64,000 bases of DNA, from the NCBI GenBank assembly GCA_038227875.1, contig JBBRPR010000032.1:1-64000 (forward strand), written 5' to 3'. The notes beneath the pieces were generated by a model, which saw nothing but the letters and a program-made list of their open reading frames with translations, searched no databases and was not told the origin of the DNA. The position numbers and the translations under genes are program-made. This stretch comes from Planctomycetota bacterium (lineage in GTDB: Bacteria > Planctomycetota > SZUA-567 > H5-PLA8). Positions 26,659 to 37,022 of the stretch are shown here, in pieces (within the stretch, counting starts at the first letter, position 1; the number at the start of each line of letters is the position of its first letter).

Positions 26659-29097
26659 ATGGATTTTTCAAAACGTGCGGCGAAGGCTCTGGGTCTGTTC
26701 GTGTTCCCGTTGGCAGCGCTGACCGTTTCGGGCGCTCAGGCCAGCGACGAACAGGTCGCGGACATGCCCACTCCGTTCGGCCAGGTCTGCGTGAAGCAGG
26801 AAGCCACCGGTGGAAACTGGCGCCACGGCTTTCAAAAAACGCGCGAAACCTGGGACCACTACTTTGAAGTGTACCCGGATGAACTGGCCAACTTCGAGAA
26901 AGTGACGCTGGAAAAGATCAAAGCCAACCCGGGCTTTTATCTCGACCGCAACGTCCAGTTCGATGTTCACTACGCCAAGACCGGGAACTTTTTCCGGCCC
27001 TTCGTCTCGCCGTTCCACGAAGACGGTTACGTCAATTTCAGCGTCTGGCCGTACGGTGTTGACCTGTGGAACAAAGACGTGCGCGCCGATGTCAGTCCAT
27101 TGTTCTACATCGACAAGTCGCGCGAAAAGCTGATTCAGAAGCTCGACCATTTGCCCATGTACCTGCCCCTGCACGTTTGGGCCTCGGTCCGCTCCCGCAG
27201 CGACGGCATGCCGTGGGTTGAAGTGAAGGGCTTTGAGATCATCAAGGAAGTGTCGCTGAGCGACGCGACGCTGCGGCATCTGGAAGCCGGCGCCTCGCAG
27301 TTGCGCCAGAAACGCTACGATCTGGCCGCGCAGATGTTTGACGCAGCGATCGCGGCGCAGATTCCCGTCTTCGCCGAATCCCGCACGTACGCTCTGCTCG
27401 GCCGCGCCGAATACGAACAGCGGCTCTTCCGCGGCGCGCGCAACGCCCTGGTCAACGCGATTATGCGCAACCAGAACGTGGTGGCGAACCTGGTGCTGCT
27501 GGCCCGCACCGATCTGCGCATCGATCCGGAAGACGGCAATTTCGCGCAGGAATCCAAGGCCGCGGCAACGCGCGCCATTGAATTGGAACCGACCAATCCC
27601 GAAGCGCACGCCGAGCTGGGTCTGGCGCTGGCGCTGCTGGGCGATGTCCGCGGTGGCTATCAGGAACTCGACTACGCGCAGAAATTCGCGCCCCGTGGCC
27701 AGCTGCCGGAAGCCAACCGCAACCGCGCCATGATCGCGATCCTGGAAAAGAATCTTGAGCTGGCCAAGCAGGAACTGAATCAGGCCGTCATTCTCCGCGC
27801 GACGGACTACACGCTGCATCTGGAACTGGGCGACGTCCATCTCGCCATGGGCCATCTCGACGATGCCAAGCGTGAATTCACCCAGGCCAAGGATCTGGCC
27901 CCCAACCGCGCCGAACCGTTCTACAAGACCGCGCTGGTGCTGAAGCTGCAGGCCGATGCACTGGACAAGGACGGCAAGAAGGACGACGCGACCAAGCTCT
28001 ATACCGAAGCCCTGGAGAACGCCAAGAACGCGGTCTTGAAGGACGCGCACTTGACCAAGGCTTACGGCTTGGAAGCTGAAATTCTCCGCAAGCTGGGTAA
28101 GGAAGACGAAGCCAAGAAGGTGCTCGACCAGGGTGCGGCGCTCAATCCCAACAGCCCGCGCTGGAACGACATCTACTATGAACAGGCTGCGTCCAATGGC
28201 GACTGGGACGGCATGGAGAAGTACACCCGCGCCGGTATGACCCGCACGCCCGATGCGCTCCACTACGCGCGCCTCGGCAAGATCCTGGCGATGCGCCCAA
28301 GCCCGGATGTCTCGGGTGCCATCGAAGCGCTCTCGAAAGCCGTCTCTCTCAACCCGGCCGCCGGCGATTCCTACGCGCTGATGGGCCGCATCAAGCTGTC
28401 ACAGGGCGACAACCTCGGCGCGATCGCGGCGCTGAACGAAGCCGTCCGCCTGCAGCCGCACAACGCCGATGCCTGGTTGGATCTCACGCAGGCCAGCCGC
28501 GCCAATGGCGACAGCGCCGCCGCAGTGGCCGCTGCCGACCAGGTTTCCTCGATCCTGAAGAACAACGACGCCAAGCTCCTCGCGGCAATCACCCGCATTG
28601 AGCGCGCGACGGGTAACGACGTCGCGGAAGCGTTGGAATACGCCACGAGCATCGAAACGACCACGAAGGTTGACAGCGAAAAAGCGAAAGCGACGTTCGT
28701 CCGCGGACTGGTGCTGGTCAAGCAGAACAAGCTCGACGAAGCCCAGGAAGCGTTCAACGGCGTGGAAGCGGCGCTGAAGGGCAGCAGCGACTTCAATCTC
28801 GCACAGGGCCGCGTGATGCTCGCCAAGGGCGACGCCCCCGGCGCGAAAGAGAAGCTGACCGCCGCGCTGGAACTGGCGAAGAAGGAATCCAACACGCGCG
28901 TGCAGTCCGACGCGACGAAGGCCATCGCCGACGCCGATGCCGCTATTGCCAAGGCCGGCCCGGTCGTCCAGAACAACACCAGCATGAAGAGCACCGACGG
29001 TGTTGAAGCCAACAACAAGAAGCCGGCGCCGCCCGTGACCGAAGAAGGCAACGGCAGCACCGAGCCCGTACCGGCGCAGGTTCCCGGTCCGCGCTGA
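26659..29097 (+). CDS. Exported tetratricopeptide repeat protein
   Basis: Signal peptide; many TPR units (AIELEPTNPEAHAELGLAL, AVSLNPAAGDSYALMG, AVRLQPHNADAWLDL). Confidence 0.85.
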   Translation: MDFSKRAAKALGLFVFPLAALTVSGAQASDEQVADMPTPFGQVCVKQEATGGNWRHGFQKTRETWDHYFEVYPDELANFEKVTLEKIKANPGFYLDRNVQFDVHYAKTGNFFRPFVSPFHEDGYVNFSVWPYGVDLWNKDVRADVSPLFYIDKSREKLIQKLDHLPMYLPLHVWASVRSRSDGMPWVEVKGFEIIKEVSLSDATLRHLEAGASQLRQKRYDLAAQMFDAAIAAQIPVFAESRTYALLGRAEYEQRLFRGARNALVNAIMRNQNVVANLVLLARTDLRIDPEDGNFAQESKAAATRAIELEPTNPEAHAELGLALALLGDVRGGYQELDYAQKFAPRGQLPEANRNRAMIAILEKNLELAKQELNQAVILRATDYTLHLELGDVHLAMGHLDDAKREFTQAKDLAPNRAEPFYKTALVLKLQADALDKDGKKDDATKLYTEALENAKNAVLKDAHLTKAYGLEAEILRKLGKEDEAKKVLDQGAALNPNSPRWNDIYYEQAASNGDWDGMEKYTRAGMTRTPDALHYARLGKILAMRPSPDVSGAIEALSKAVSLNPAAGDSYALMGRIKLSQGDNLGAIAALNEAVRLQPHNADAWLDLTQASRANGDSAAAVAAADQVSSILKNNDAKLLAAITRIERATGNDVAEALEYATSIETTTKVDSEKAKATFVRGLVLVKQNKLDEAQEAFNGVEAALKGSSDFNLAQGRVMLAKGDAPGAKEKLTAALELAKKESNTRVQSDATKAIADADAAIAKAGPVVQNNTSMKSTDGVEANNKKPAPPVTEEGNGSTEPVPAQVPGPR

Positions 29098-29120
29098 AGT
29101 TGAACGTTACGTGTCTCCGC

Positions 29121-29153
29121 AAAATGTCCGGAGCTTGCCGCTCCGGACATTTT
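29121..29153 (+). terminator. Terminator hairpin after the TPR gene
   Basis: AAAATGTCCGGAGC-TTGCC-GCTCCGGACATTTT. Confidence 0.75.
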
Positions 29154-29198
29154 CATTTGTAGTTCAGGCGATTTGAACCATTCAGGAGTTTTAAGCGC

Positions 29199-29657
29199 AT
29201 GTCAGACGCACAGCCGACACCGCCGTCCCAGCCCACGCCAGCCACGCCGCCCGCTTCAGTCCCAACGCCTGCAACGGCCACTCCGGCCGCGGCTGCTGCC
29301 GCGCCGGCCGCGCCCGCGCCCGAGAACGTGGCGCTGATCAGCATCGACGATTTCTTCAAGACGAAGCTGGTGACCGCCGAAGTAATCTCCGCCGCGCCGG
29401 TGCCCAAGGCCGACCGCCTGTTGATCATTCAATGCAAAGTGGGCAATGAGACCAAGCAGATCGTCTCCGGCATCCGCCAGTGGTATTCGCCGGAACAGTT
29501 GGTCGGAAAAACGATCGTGATCGTCAACAACCTCCAGCCGACGAAGCTGCGCGGCGTCGACAGTTTCGGCATGCTGCTGGCTGTGACGATCCCCGAAGGC
29601 GGCCTGCGCCTGATCACCACCGACGGCCCCGCGCCGAGCGGACTTCCGGTAAAATGA
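29199..29657 (+). CDS. Stand-alone tRNA-binding domain protein (MetRS C-terminal/Trbp111/CsaA-like)
   Basis: ISIDDFFK..KADRLL..KQIVSGIRQWY..VNNLQPTKLRGVDSFGMLLA. Confidence 0.9.
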   Translation: MSDAQPTPPSQPTPATPPASVPTPATATPAAAAAAPAAPAPENVALISIDDFFKTKLVTAEVISAAPVPKADRLLIIQCKVGNETKQIVSGIRQWYSPEQLVGKTIVIVNNLQPTKLRGVDSFGMLLAVTIPEGGLRLITTDGPAPSGLPVK

Positions 29658-29684
29658 GGTCGTTGCAGAAAACGCGCCGCCCCA

Positions 29685-29765
29685 ATTCTCCCCCCCTTTT
29701 CAAGGGGGGGAGAATGGCCGCGGCGCACGTCTCCTCTGACCCCTGGCCCCTGACCCCTGACCCCT
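29685..29765. repeat. C7/G7 palindrome followed by four TG(A/G)CCCC heptamers
   Basis: ATTCTCCCCCCCTT-TTC-AAGGGGGGGAGAAT at 29685-29715; TGACCCC TGGCCCC TGACCCC TGACCCC at 29737-29764. Confidence 0.8.
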
Positions 29766-29786
29766 GGCGCGCAGCGCCCTTCGCGC

Positions 29787-31598
29787 ATGCTTGCTGAACT
29801 TCGCATTCACAACTTACTGCTGATCGAGAGCGCGCATATTGAGCTCTCCAGCGGACTCAATGCTTTCACCGGTGAAACGGGCGCGGGCAAAAGTCTGCTC
29901 GTCGATGCGCTTGGGTTTCTGCTGGGTGCGCGCGGCGATCCGAGCATGGTGCGGGCCGGCGCGGCACAGGCGGAAGTCTCGGCGCGGTTCCTGATCGCCG
30001 ACGCGACTCTCGCCGAAACGCTTGAACACGATCTGGGCATCATCTTCGATGAGGCTGGCGCGACAGGCGCGGCGCAGGCGACGCCTGCGGAGCTGGTCGT
30101 CTCGCGCACGATTCCGCGCACGGGCCGCGGCCGCGCGCACGCCAACGGGCGTCCGATTGCGCTGCCGGCGTTGAAGGAACTGGGCGAGCGGCTGCTCGAC
30201 ATCCACGGCCAGCACGAAAACCAATCGCTGCTGCGTCCGCACACGCGGCTGGAGATTCTCGACCGCTTCGGGCACGCGCTGGCCGATGGCGCGGCGGTGC
30301 GCCGCGCGCACGGCGAAACGCTCGACGCCGCCCGCGAACTCGTCGCGCTGCGCCGCGCGTCCCGCGACCGTCAGGGGCGCGAAGACATGATGCGTTTCCA
30401 GCTCAAGGAACTCGACGACGCGCGCCTCGACGAATTCGATCCCGGCCGGATTGAGGACGAAGTGCGCCTGCTCAAAGGCGCGGAGAAGATCCGCGCGGCG
30501 GCGCTCGCGTCCGTCGCGGCGCTGGATGGCGACGACGGCGAAAGCGCGGCGACGTTGCTGGCGCGCGCCGCGAAAGGGCTGGCGGCGCTCGGCGATTCCG
30601 GCGCGGAAGTCGCGGAACTTTCGGCGCGCATCGAATCGCTGCTTTCCGAATCCCGCGAGATCGCGCGCGAGGCCGGCGACCTCGCCGAAAAAGCGCGCAG
30701 CGATCCGGAACGCCTGGCTGATCTGGAAGACGCCCGCGACCGGCTGCGCACGCTGGAACGCAAACACGGCCGCGATCTGGAAGGTTTGCGCAATCTGCGC
30801 GTGAAGTTGCGTGCGGATCTTTCGGATCTGCAGGAGATCGACGTGAAGACCGGCGAGCGCGAATCGGCGCTCGAGGCCGCGGTCAAAGCCTTGCGCTCCG
30901 CGACGCAAAAACTGTCGACCAAGCGCACCGCCGCGGCGCGTTCGCTGGAGAAGCTGGTCAACAAGGAACTCGCCGGACTGGGCTTGAAGGGTGCGACATT
31001 GCAGATCGCGCTGACGCCGCACGCCGAACACGCGGCAAAGGATGAGCCGGCCACGGAGAACGGCGAGAGCGAAGCCGATTCGGACGCCGACGCCGAAGCG
31101 CAGCGGCTGATGCCTGCCGGCAGCCGCGCGACCGGCGCGGAGACCATGGAAATTCTGTTCAGCGCCAACCCGGAGCTCGAACGCCGGCCGCTTAAAGAGT
31201 GCGCGTCCGGCGGCGAAATTTCGCGCGTGATGCTGGCGCTCAAGGGCGTGCTCGCGCGTGCCGGTGGCGCCGACCGGCTGCCGGTCGTGGTCTTCGACGA
31301 AGTGGATTCGGGAGTCGGTGGACGTTTGGGCGCGGTGCTCGGCAAGAAGCTGGGCGAACTCGCGCGTGTCCGCCAGGTGCTCTGCGTTACGCACCAGCCG
31401 CAACTGGCCGTCTACGCGCAGCGCCAGATGAAAGTCGAAAAGCAGCGCACGGGCAGCAGCACGCTGGTGAAAGTCGAGGTCGTCGACGGTGAAAAGCGCA
31501 TCGACGAGCTGGCGATGATGCTCCGCGGCGCCGATGCCAACGCTCACACCCGCGCCGAAGCGGCCGCGATGCTCAAGGAAGCGCAAGCGTCGCTGTAA
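29787..31598 (+). CDS. recN: DNA repair protein RecN
   Basis: TGETGAGKS Walker A, DIHGQHE, ASGGEISRVMLALK, VFDEVDSGVGG, CVTHQPQ. Confidence 0.97.
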   Translation: MLAELRIHNLLLIESAHIELSSGLNAFTGETGAGKSLLVDALGFLLGARGDPSMVRAGAAQAEVSARFLIADATLAETLEHDLGIIFDEAGATGAAQATPAELVVSRTIPRTGRGRAHANGRPIALPALKELGERLLDIHGQHENQSLLRPHTRLEILDRFGHALADGAAVRRAHGETLDAARELVALRRASRDRQGREDMMRFQLKELDDARLDEFDPGRIEDEVRLLKGAEKIRAAALASVAALDGDDGESAATLLARAAKGLAALGDSGAEVAELSARIESLLSESREIAREAGDLAEKARSDPERLADLEDARDRLRTLERKHGRDLEGLRNLRVKLRADLSDLQEIDVKTGERESALEAAVKALRSATQKLSTKRTAAARSLEKLVNKELAGLGLKGATLQIALTPHAEHAAKDEPATENGESEADSDADAEAQRLMPAGSRATGAETMEILFSANPELERRPLKECASGGEISRVMLALKGVLARAGGADRLPVVVFDEVDSGVGGRLGAVLGKKLGELARVRQVLCVTHQPQLAVYAQRQMKVEKQRTGSSTLVKVEVVDGEKRIDELAMMLRGADANAHTRAEAAAMLKEAQASL

Positions 31599-31663
31599 TC
31601 AGCCTAACCTTTGTGCCTTTGGGTACACAGGTTCTACACGTACAACAAAAGCATATATTTTAG

Positions 31664-31685
31664 CTTAGGGACTGTAGTCCCTAAG
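31664..31685. promoter_or_regulatory. Perfect palindrome between convergent recN and lpxD
   Basis: CTTAGGGACT-GT-AGTCCCTAAG; the core also occurs at 24-37. Confidence 0.45.
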
Positions 31686-31699
31686 GTCGGAAACGGGTA

Positions 31700-32755
31700 T
31701 TACTCGTCTTCCTTGAGCGCTTTCAACTCCCGCTCCAGATCGCGCACGCGTTCGATCAAGTCTGGTAGCCGCCGGTACGCGGCGAGTTGCTTGAACGCGT
31801 CTTTCGCCTCGACGGCGTAGAGTCCGAAGACTTCGACACCCGGCGGCACGTCCTTGCCGATGCCGGCCTTCGCAGCGGCCTTTGCACCCTTGCCGAGAAA
31901 GACGTGATCGGCGACACCGGCGTTGCCGCCGAGGACGGCGTAGTCGTCCATGCCCGACGATCCGGCCAGCGCCGACTGACCGCAGAGAATGCAGTGGTTG
32001 CCCACGCGCACGCCATGGCCGATCTGGACGAGGTTGTCGATCTTCGTGCCGTTGCCGACTTTCGTCGCGTCCAGCGCGCCGCGGTCGATGCAGGCGTTGG
32101 CGCCAATCTCGACGTCGTCACCGATCACCACCGTGCCCACCTGCGGCACTTTGATGTACTTTCCGCCGCGGAATTTGTAGCCGAAACCATCGGCGCCCAG
32201 CACCGCGCCGGCATGGACGGTGACGCGTTGCCCGAGCGTCGTGTTGTCGTACAGAACCACGTTGGGAAAGATGCGCGAATCGTCGCCGACGGCGCAATTC
32301 CGGCCGATCACCACATGCGGCATGATCACCGCGCGCGCGCCAATTTTCGTGCCGCTGCGGATCACGGCATACGGGCCGACATGGGCACCCAGTCCGATTT
32401 CCGCGCCCGGTTCGATCACGGCCCGCGCGTCGATGCCCGGCTTCTCAGCGGTTTCCGGGAAGAACAGCGCCAGCGCCTTGATGAAAGCGATTTCCGGATC
32501 GGGGCTCAGCAGCAGCGCCGTCCCGCCCGGCAGATTCGCCGGTTCGGTCTTGGCGATTACGGCGCCGGCCTTGGTTTTTTCAAGCTGAGGCTGGTATTTT
32601 GGATCGCTGAACGGAGCGATCTGCGAGGCGTCCGCCGCGGCCAGATTCGACAGGCCCGTCACGACCAGGCTGCCGTCGCCGCGGGCGAGTGTGGCGCCCA
32701 GCTTCTCGGCCAGAATTTGAAGAGTGATGGGTGGGGGAGGGGTCATAGCGCTCAT
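31700..32755 (-). CDS. lpxD: UDP-3-O-acylglucosamine N-acyltransferase LpxD
   Basis: Hexapeptide repeats, GADGFGY, VPQVGTV, IGANACIDRG, TKIDNLVQIGHGV. Confidence 0.96.
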   Translation of the reverse strand: MSAMTPPPPITLQILAEKLGATLARGDGSLVVTGLSNLAAADASQIAPFSDPKYQPQLEKTKAGAVIAKTEPANLPGGTALLLSPDPEIAFIKALALFFPETAEKPGIDARAVIEPGAEIGLGAHVGPYAVIRSGTKIGARAVIMPHVVIGRNCAVGDDSRIFPNVVLYDNTTLGQRVTVHAGAVLGADGFGYKFRGGKYIKVPQVGTVVIGDDVEIGANACIDRGALDATKVGNGTKIDNLVQIGHGVRVGNHCILCGQSALAGSSGMDDYAVLGGNAGVADHVFLGKGAKAAAKAGIGKDVPPGVEVFGLYAVEAKDAFKQLAAYRRLPDLIERVRDLERELKALKEDE

Positions 32756-32767
32756 CCTGATGTAACT

Positions 32768-32820
32768 TGTGGTGCAGCTTCTCCGCATTGAGCTTTAGCG
32801 CGGAGAAGTCTGCACCACAA
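32768..32820. repeat. Long intergenic inverted repeat between skp and lpxD
   Basis: TTGTGGTGCAG-CTTCTCCGC..GCGGAGAAG-T-CTGCACCACAA. Confidence 0.6.
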
Positions 32821-32855
32821 AATGGTTGGACGATTCGGTACGTACGACTGCCAGC

Positions 32856-33512
32856 TTACTTCTTGTTTTCGGCGCCGAGCGTGTTCTTGTAATCGTCGTT
32901 GAGCTTGGAGATGACCTTGTCGGTGACTTCCACGCCCTGCGAGAAGTACATCACGGGATTTTCGCGGAAGCGGCGGACGAGGTCGGCGGCCGACTTGGGT
33001 TCATCCTTCTTTTCTTCACCCTTCTTTTCGGCGTCGAATTCGTCGTCGAATTCCGGAGCGCGGAGGATGAGGTCGAACTTCTCGGCGGTGCCGACGGTGC
33101 GGATCGCGGCCTTGATCTCGTTGAGCACCTTCTTCATCTCTTCCTTGCGCTTCTCTTCAACGCGCACGTAGAGCTCCTGAAACTTCATTTCCAGCTCGGC
33201 CTTGTGCAGTTCGAACTGCTGAATCTGCTTGAAGAAATTGATGTCCTTCTTCGGGTCGGACGGATTGAGGCGGATGATGTCTTCCTGCTTCTTCAGATCC
33301 GCGTTCTCCTTCTCGATCACCTTGCGGTCGGGTTCGAAAAGAGATTCCATCTTCTGCTGCACATCCTTGACGCGCTGGTACGCGGCGAAAACGCGCGAGA
33401 CGTTGACGACGGCGATGCGCTTGGAGTCCTCGGCTTTCACCGCCGACGGCACGAGCATGAGACCGGCAACGAACAGCACCAGAACCGCCATGAAACCACG
33501 ACCGAAATTCAT
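32856..33512 (-). CDS. skp: OmpH/Skp family periplasmic chaperone
   Basis: Signal peptide, RIAVVNVSRVF, coiled coil, FDLIL..EVTDKVI; AGGAG RBS; bamA-skp-lpxD context. Confidence 0.85.
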   Translation of the reverse strand: MNFGRGFMAVLVLFVAGLMLVPSAVKAEDSKRIAVVNVSRVFAAYQRVKDVQQKMESLFEPDRKVIEKENADLKKQEDIIRLNPSDPKKDINFFKQIQQFELHKAELEMKFQELYVRVEEKRKEEMKKVLNEIKAAIRTVGTAEKFDLILRAPEFDDEFDAEKKGEEKKDEPKSAADLVRRFRENPVMYFSQGVEVTDKVISKLNDDYKNTLGAENKK

Positions 33513-33599
33513 CGTTATCACTCCTTTAAGTCACAACCGCGCAATCCGCGCGTTCTTCCCGGGCGGCCACAGGAGCCGCCAAGCCGTTCAACAGATCTT

Positions 33600-34325
33600 C
33601 TACTTGCCGCCGTTATTAGCTGGGGCAACCAGGGTGGAAGCGCCCTTCGAGCGCTTCAGGTAATCGTCATTCAGGCGCGTCAACACGTCCTTGGTGATAT
33701 CCACGGGCTTGGCGCCGTAGAGCACCGGATTGCGGTTGAAGCGCTCGATCAATTCGCCGACCGATTTCGGGCCGTTCAATTCCAGCCAGGTCTTGTTGTC
33801 GCCGGCCGCCGGATCGCGCGGGCCGTTCTTGTCGCCTTCGGTCACGTTCGGGTCGTCGGCGTCGGGCGAACGCAGCACCAGGTCGAAGTGCCCCGAATCG
33901 GCCACGGTACGGATCGCGACGCGGATGTCGGTCAGGATATCCTTCATCCCCTTGGTGTATTCCTGCTGGATGCCTTCGTCGTAGCGGCGGCGATCGCGGT
34001 CGAACATGTACTGATCGCGGCGCAGCTGCTGAATCTTGTCGAAGATGTCGGGGCTGGCATCCGGGTTGTTCATGAACTGGTCGAGATCTTTATTGCGCTG
34101 CGCCAATTCCTTGAAGCGCTGCTGCAAGGTGTTTTCTTCGCCCTTATGCGTTTCATCGATCTTGCGCTGCAGGTCGGGCACCTTGGTGTAGTTTTCGAAG
34201 ATGAACGAGACGTTCACGATCGCCAGCTTCTGCGGGGCAAGGTCGGCCGCCGACGCGTGACGGCAGAGCGGCAATCCGGAAACGAGCACGGACACGAGCA
34301 GAAAAAGCGCAACAGACAACTTCAC
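33600..34325 (-). CDS. skp: OmpH/Skp family periplasmic chaperone (second paralog)
   Basis: KLAIVNVSFIF..FDLVL..DITKDVL; GGAGG RBS before the GTG. Confidence 0.85.
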   Translation of the reverse strand: MKLSVALFLLVSVLVSGLPLCRHASAADLAPQKLAIVNVSFIFENYTKVPDLQRKIDETHKGEENTLQQRFKELAQRNKDLDQFMNNPDASPDIFDKIQQLRRDQYMFDRDRRRYDEGIQQEYTKGMKDILTDIRVAIRTVADSGHFDLVLRSPDADDPNVTEGDKNGPRDPAAGDNKTWLELNGPKSVGELIERFNRNPVLYGAKPVDITKDVLTRLNDDYLKRSKGASTLVAPANNGGK

Positions 34326-34463
34326 CACGAACCTCCTCCAGCTTTCATTCCACGCACCGAAATGGGAAGGTGACATTCTGTCATCCCCGTTCCGGTTGGC
34401 AACTCTCAAAAGACAGCGGTGAGCGCTGAACCTTCAATGTTCACGCAGGCAATTGCACGGTCT

Positions 34464-37016
34464 TTAGAAACGCGTGCCGAACGTGAAGTCGATCGTCTTG
34501 GTGCGGTCCTGTTCGGTATGGGCCAGCGGGTGCGAGAAATAAATGCGCACCGGCAGCGGCGAAATAGGCGTGCGGATCGCCAGTCCCATGCCGACGGACG
34601 TGCGCCAGGAACCCGTGTTGGTAACGGTCGTGCGCGGATCGGTCTGGCCCGCGTCGAAGACATTGCCGGCGTCCGCGAAGACGCTGCCGCGGACCACTTC
34701 TTCGTACAGCGGCAGCGAGTATTCCGCCGACGCGAGAAGTTCCTTCTTGCCGCCGATCTGGAAACCGTTCTCCAACGGCGTGAGCGTGCGGTACTGGAAG
34801 CCGCGGACAGTGTCGATACCGCCGGCATAGTAGCGCAGGAAGGGCGGGGGATCGGAGGTCTTGCCGTAGCCTTCGATGTCGCCGGCCTTGCCGTGCAGTT
34901 CGAGGATGTGCTTGCCGCCGCCGGCCGTCTTGTAGACGGTCAGGTAGCGGGCGATGTCCAGTTCGGCGCGGGCGTAATCCCAATCGCCCAGCAGCGGTCC
35001 GCCGCCCAGTTCCACCGACGCCTGCATGATCATGCCGCGGCTGGGGAGCAGACGGGAATCGCGGCTGTCGTAGACCAGGCGCGGGGTGATGCTGCTGATC
35101 AGGCTCTGCCCTTCCTGTTCGCGCAGGATCGGCGGGAAGCGGTGGCTGATCTTGCCAATGTCGGTGAAGCTGAAGCGGTAGTCGATTTCGCCGTCCCAGC
35201 GCGGTCCCCACAGGCGCTTGCCGACGCTGATGTTGATGCCGGTGTTGGTCTCGCTGAAATTCTGGTAATTGTCGACGTTGCGGAAGAGCGAGCCGCCGAG
35301 GCGGATCGGGCGGTCGAAGGCCCACGGTTCGGTGAAGGCCAGCAGGTAGTTCTGGCGCTTCTTGCCGCCGCTGGCTTCCAGGCTGGCCGTTTCGCCGGCG
35401 CCGGTGAAGGCGTTGCCGCCGAACAGGTCGCGCCAGCTCTTGGGCATGTTGCGGTAATCGAAATTGCGCTGCGTCACCTTCACATTGCCGACGACCGAAT
35501 CGACCGAGGAGACGCCGACGCCGAAGTTGAATTCGCCGGTGTTCTTTTCGGTCACGTCGATGATCAGGTTCGCTTCTTCCGGATTGTCAGTCGCTTCCGG
35601 CGTGATGCGCACGTCGTCGTTGAAGTAATTGAGATTCTTCAGGCGCTGGATGGCGATCTTCATCTTGGTCGTGTCGATGCGGTCGCCGGGGAACAGTTCC
35701 ATCTGGCGGATGATGACCTTGTCGCGCGTCTTGACGTTGCCGCGCGTGATCACTTCCCGCAGCGTGACTTCGGCGCCTTCACGGACTTCGACCTGGACGT
35801 CGTAGAGATTGGGCTGCTTCTTCGTGCGTTCCGGATCGGTCACGAACTTGCTCGACGCATAGACCTTCGTGAAGACGCGGCCGCGTTCGCCGTAGAGATC
35901 GACGATGCGGTCGTGATCGTCGCGCAGCAGCAGGAAGTCGGAGTAGACCGCGCCGGGCTTGATCTTCATCACGGCGATGATCTCTTCCTTCGGAATCGAT
36001 TCGTTGCCGGTGATGGTCACGGTGCCGGTGTGGTATTGCGGGCCTTCGCTGACGTGGATGACCAGCTCCGCCAGGCGCTTGCGTTTGCGGAACCAGTTCC
36101 AGTACGTTTCCTGCGAGACGTTGACGTCGACGGTTTCGACCTTGGCGTCCATGTAGCCGTGCTGCCAGTAGAATTGCTGAATGCGGTTCTTGTCGTTATC
36201 GAGTTCCTCGTCCTTCAGGTCGCCGGCGCGGAAGAGGCGGCGGTACTTGGTGGCCATGACGTTGCGCAGCGCCGTTTCGCTGAAGGCCTTGTTGCCGACG
36301 AAATGAATCGCGCGCACGCCGACCGGGCTGCCTTCGTCGAGCGTAAAGGCGATCAGCACTTCGTCCTGAACTTCGACTTCCTTGTTGGCGATGACCTGCC
36401 GGTGGCTGGAGATCGTTTCGATGCGGTATTCGACCTTCACGCCGCGGAAGGCGTGGTCGCGGTAATACTGCTCGATCTTGGTGCGGTCCTTGTGGACTTC
36501 ACCCGGGTCGTAGCGGCCGCCTTCGTGCGATTGCATCTGCTCGAGCAGCTTCGAATCGCTGACGGACTTGGTGCCGCGGAAGGTGATCTTGCTGATCACG
36601 CCTTTTTCCTGCAGGTCGATGGCCAGCATCACGCCGCCGGGCCAGGGCTGAGGTTCGGTGGTGCGGACGTTGAGGAAGTAGCCGGAATCGTAGAGACGGT
36701 GGAAGTCTTCGTCCCAGATCTTGCGGTTGAACGGACGGCCCTTGCGCGTGCGGATCAGGCGCAGCACCGTGCCTTCGTCGACGCGGGTCAGACCGCGGAT
36801 GTCGATGTTCTGGACGGTCTGGCCTTCGAACTGTTCGGTTTCGTCCTGAGGCGGGCCGGCCCGTTCTTCCGCGCGTAAGCCCGGAGCGGCGAAGGCGAAA
36901 AGAACGACCGATAATATCAGACCCAACACCGTACTGAGTGTTCCTGGCCATCGGGTCGTGGCTCTCAAGCTGCCGGGGCAGCGTGAGCTGAGAAGCGGAG
37001 AGGAGATCAGGCGCAA
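34464..37016 (-). CDS. bamA: Outer membrane protein assembly factor BamA
   Basis: POTRA repeats, GNVKTRDKVIIR, YYAGGIDTVRGF, C-terminal FTFGTRF. Confidence 0.95.
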   Translation of the reverse strand: MRLISSPLLSSRCPGSLRATTRWPGTLSTVLGLILSVVLFAFAAPGLRAEERAGPPQDETEQFEGQTVQNIDIRGLTRVDEGTVLRLIRTRKGRPFNRKIWDEDFHRLYDSGYFLNVRTTEPQPWPGGVMLAIDLQEKGVISKITFRGTKSVSDSKLLEQMQSHEGGRYDPGEVHKDRTKIEQYYRDHAFRGVKVEYRIETISSHRQVIANKEVEVQDEVLIAFTLDEGSPVGVRAIHFVGNKAFSETALRNVMATKYRRLFRAGDLKDEELDNDKNRIQQFYWQHGYMDAKVETVDVNVSQETYWNWFRKRKRLAELVIHVSEGPQYHTGTVTITGNESIPKEEIIAVMKIKPGAVYSDFLLLRDDHDRIVDLYGERGRVFTKVYASSKFVTDPERTKKQPNLYDVQVEVREGAEVTLREVITRGNVKTRDKVIIRQMELFPGDRIDTTKMKIAIQRLKNLNYFNDDVRITPEATDNPEEANLIIDVTEKNTGEFNFGVGVSSVDSVVGNVKVTQRNFDYRNMPKSWRDLFGGNAFTGAGETASLEASGGKKRQNYLLAFTEPWAFDRPIRLGGSLFRNVDNYQNFSETNTGINISVGKRLWGPRWDGEIDYRFSFTDIGKISHRFPPILREQEGQSLISSITPRLVYDSRDSRLLPSRGMIMQASVELGGGPLLGDWDYARAELDIARYLTVYKTAGGGKHILELHGKAGDIEGYGKTSDPPPFLRYYAGGIDTVRGFQYRTLTPLENGFQIGGKKELLASAEYSLPLYEEVVRGSVFADAGNVFDAGQTDPRTTVTNTGSWRTSVGMGLAIRTPISPLPVRIYFSHPLAHTEQDRTKTIDFTFGTRF

Positions 37017-37022
37017 GCGATC

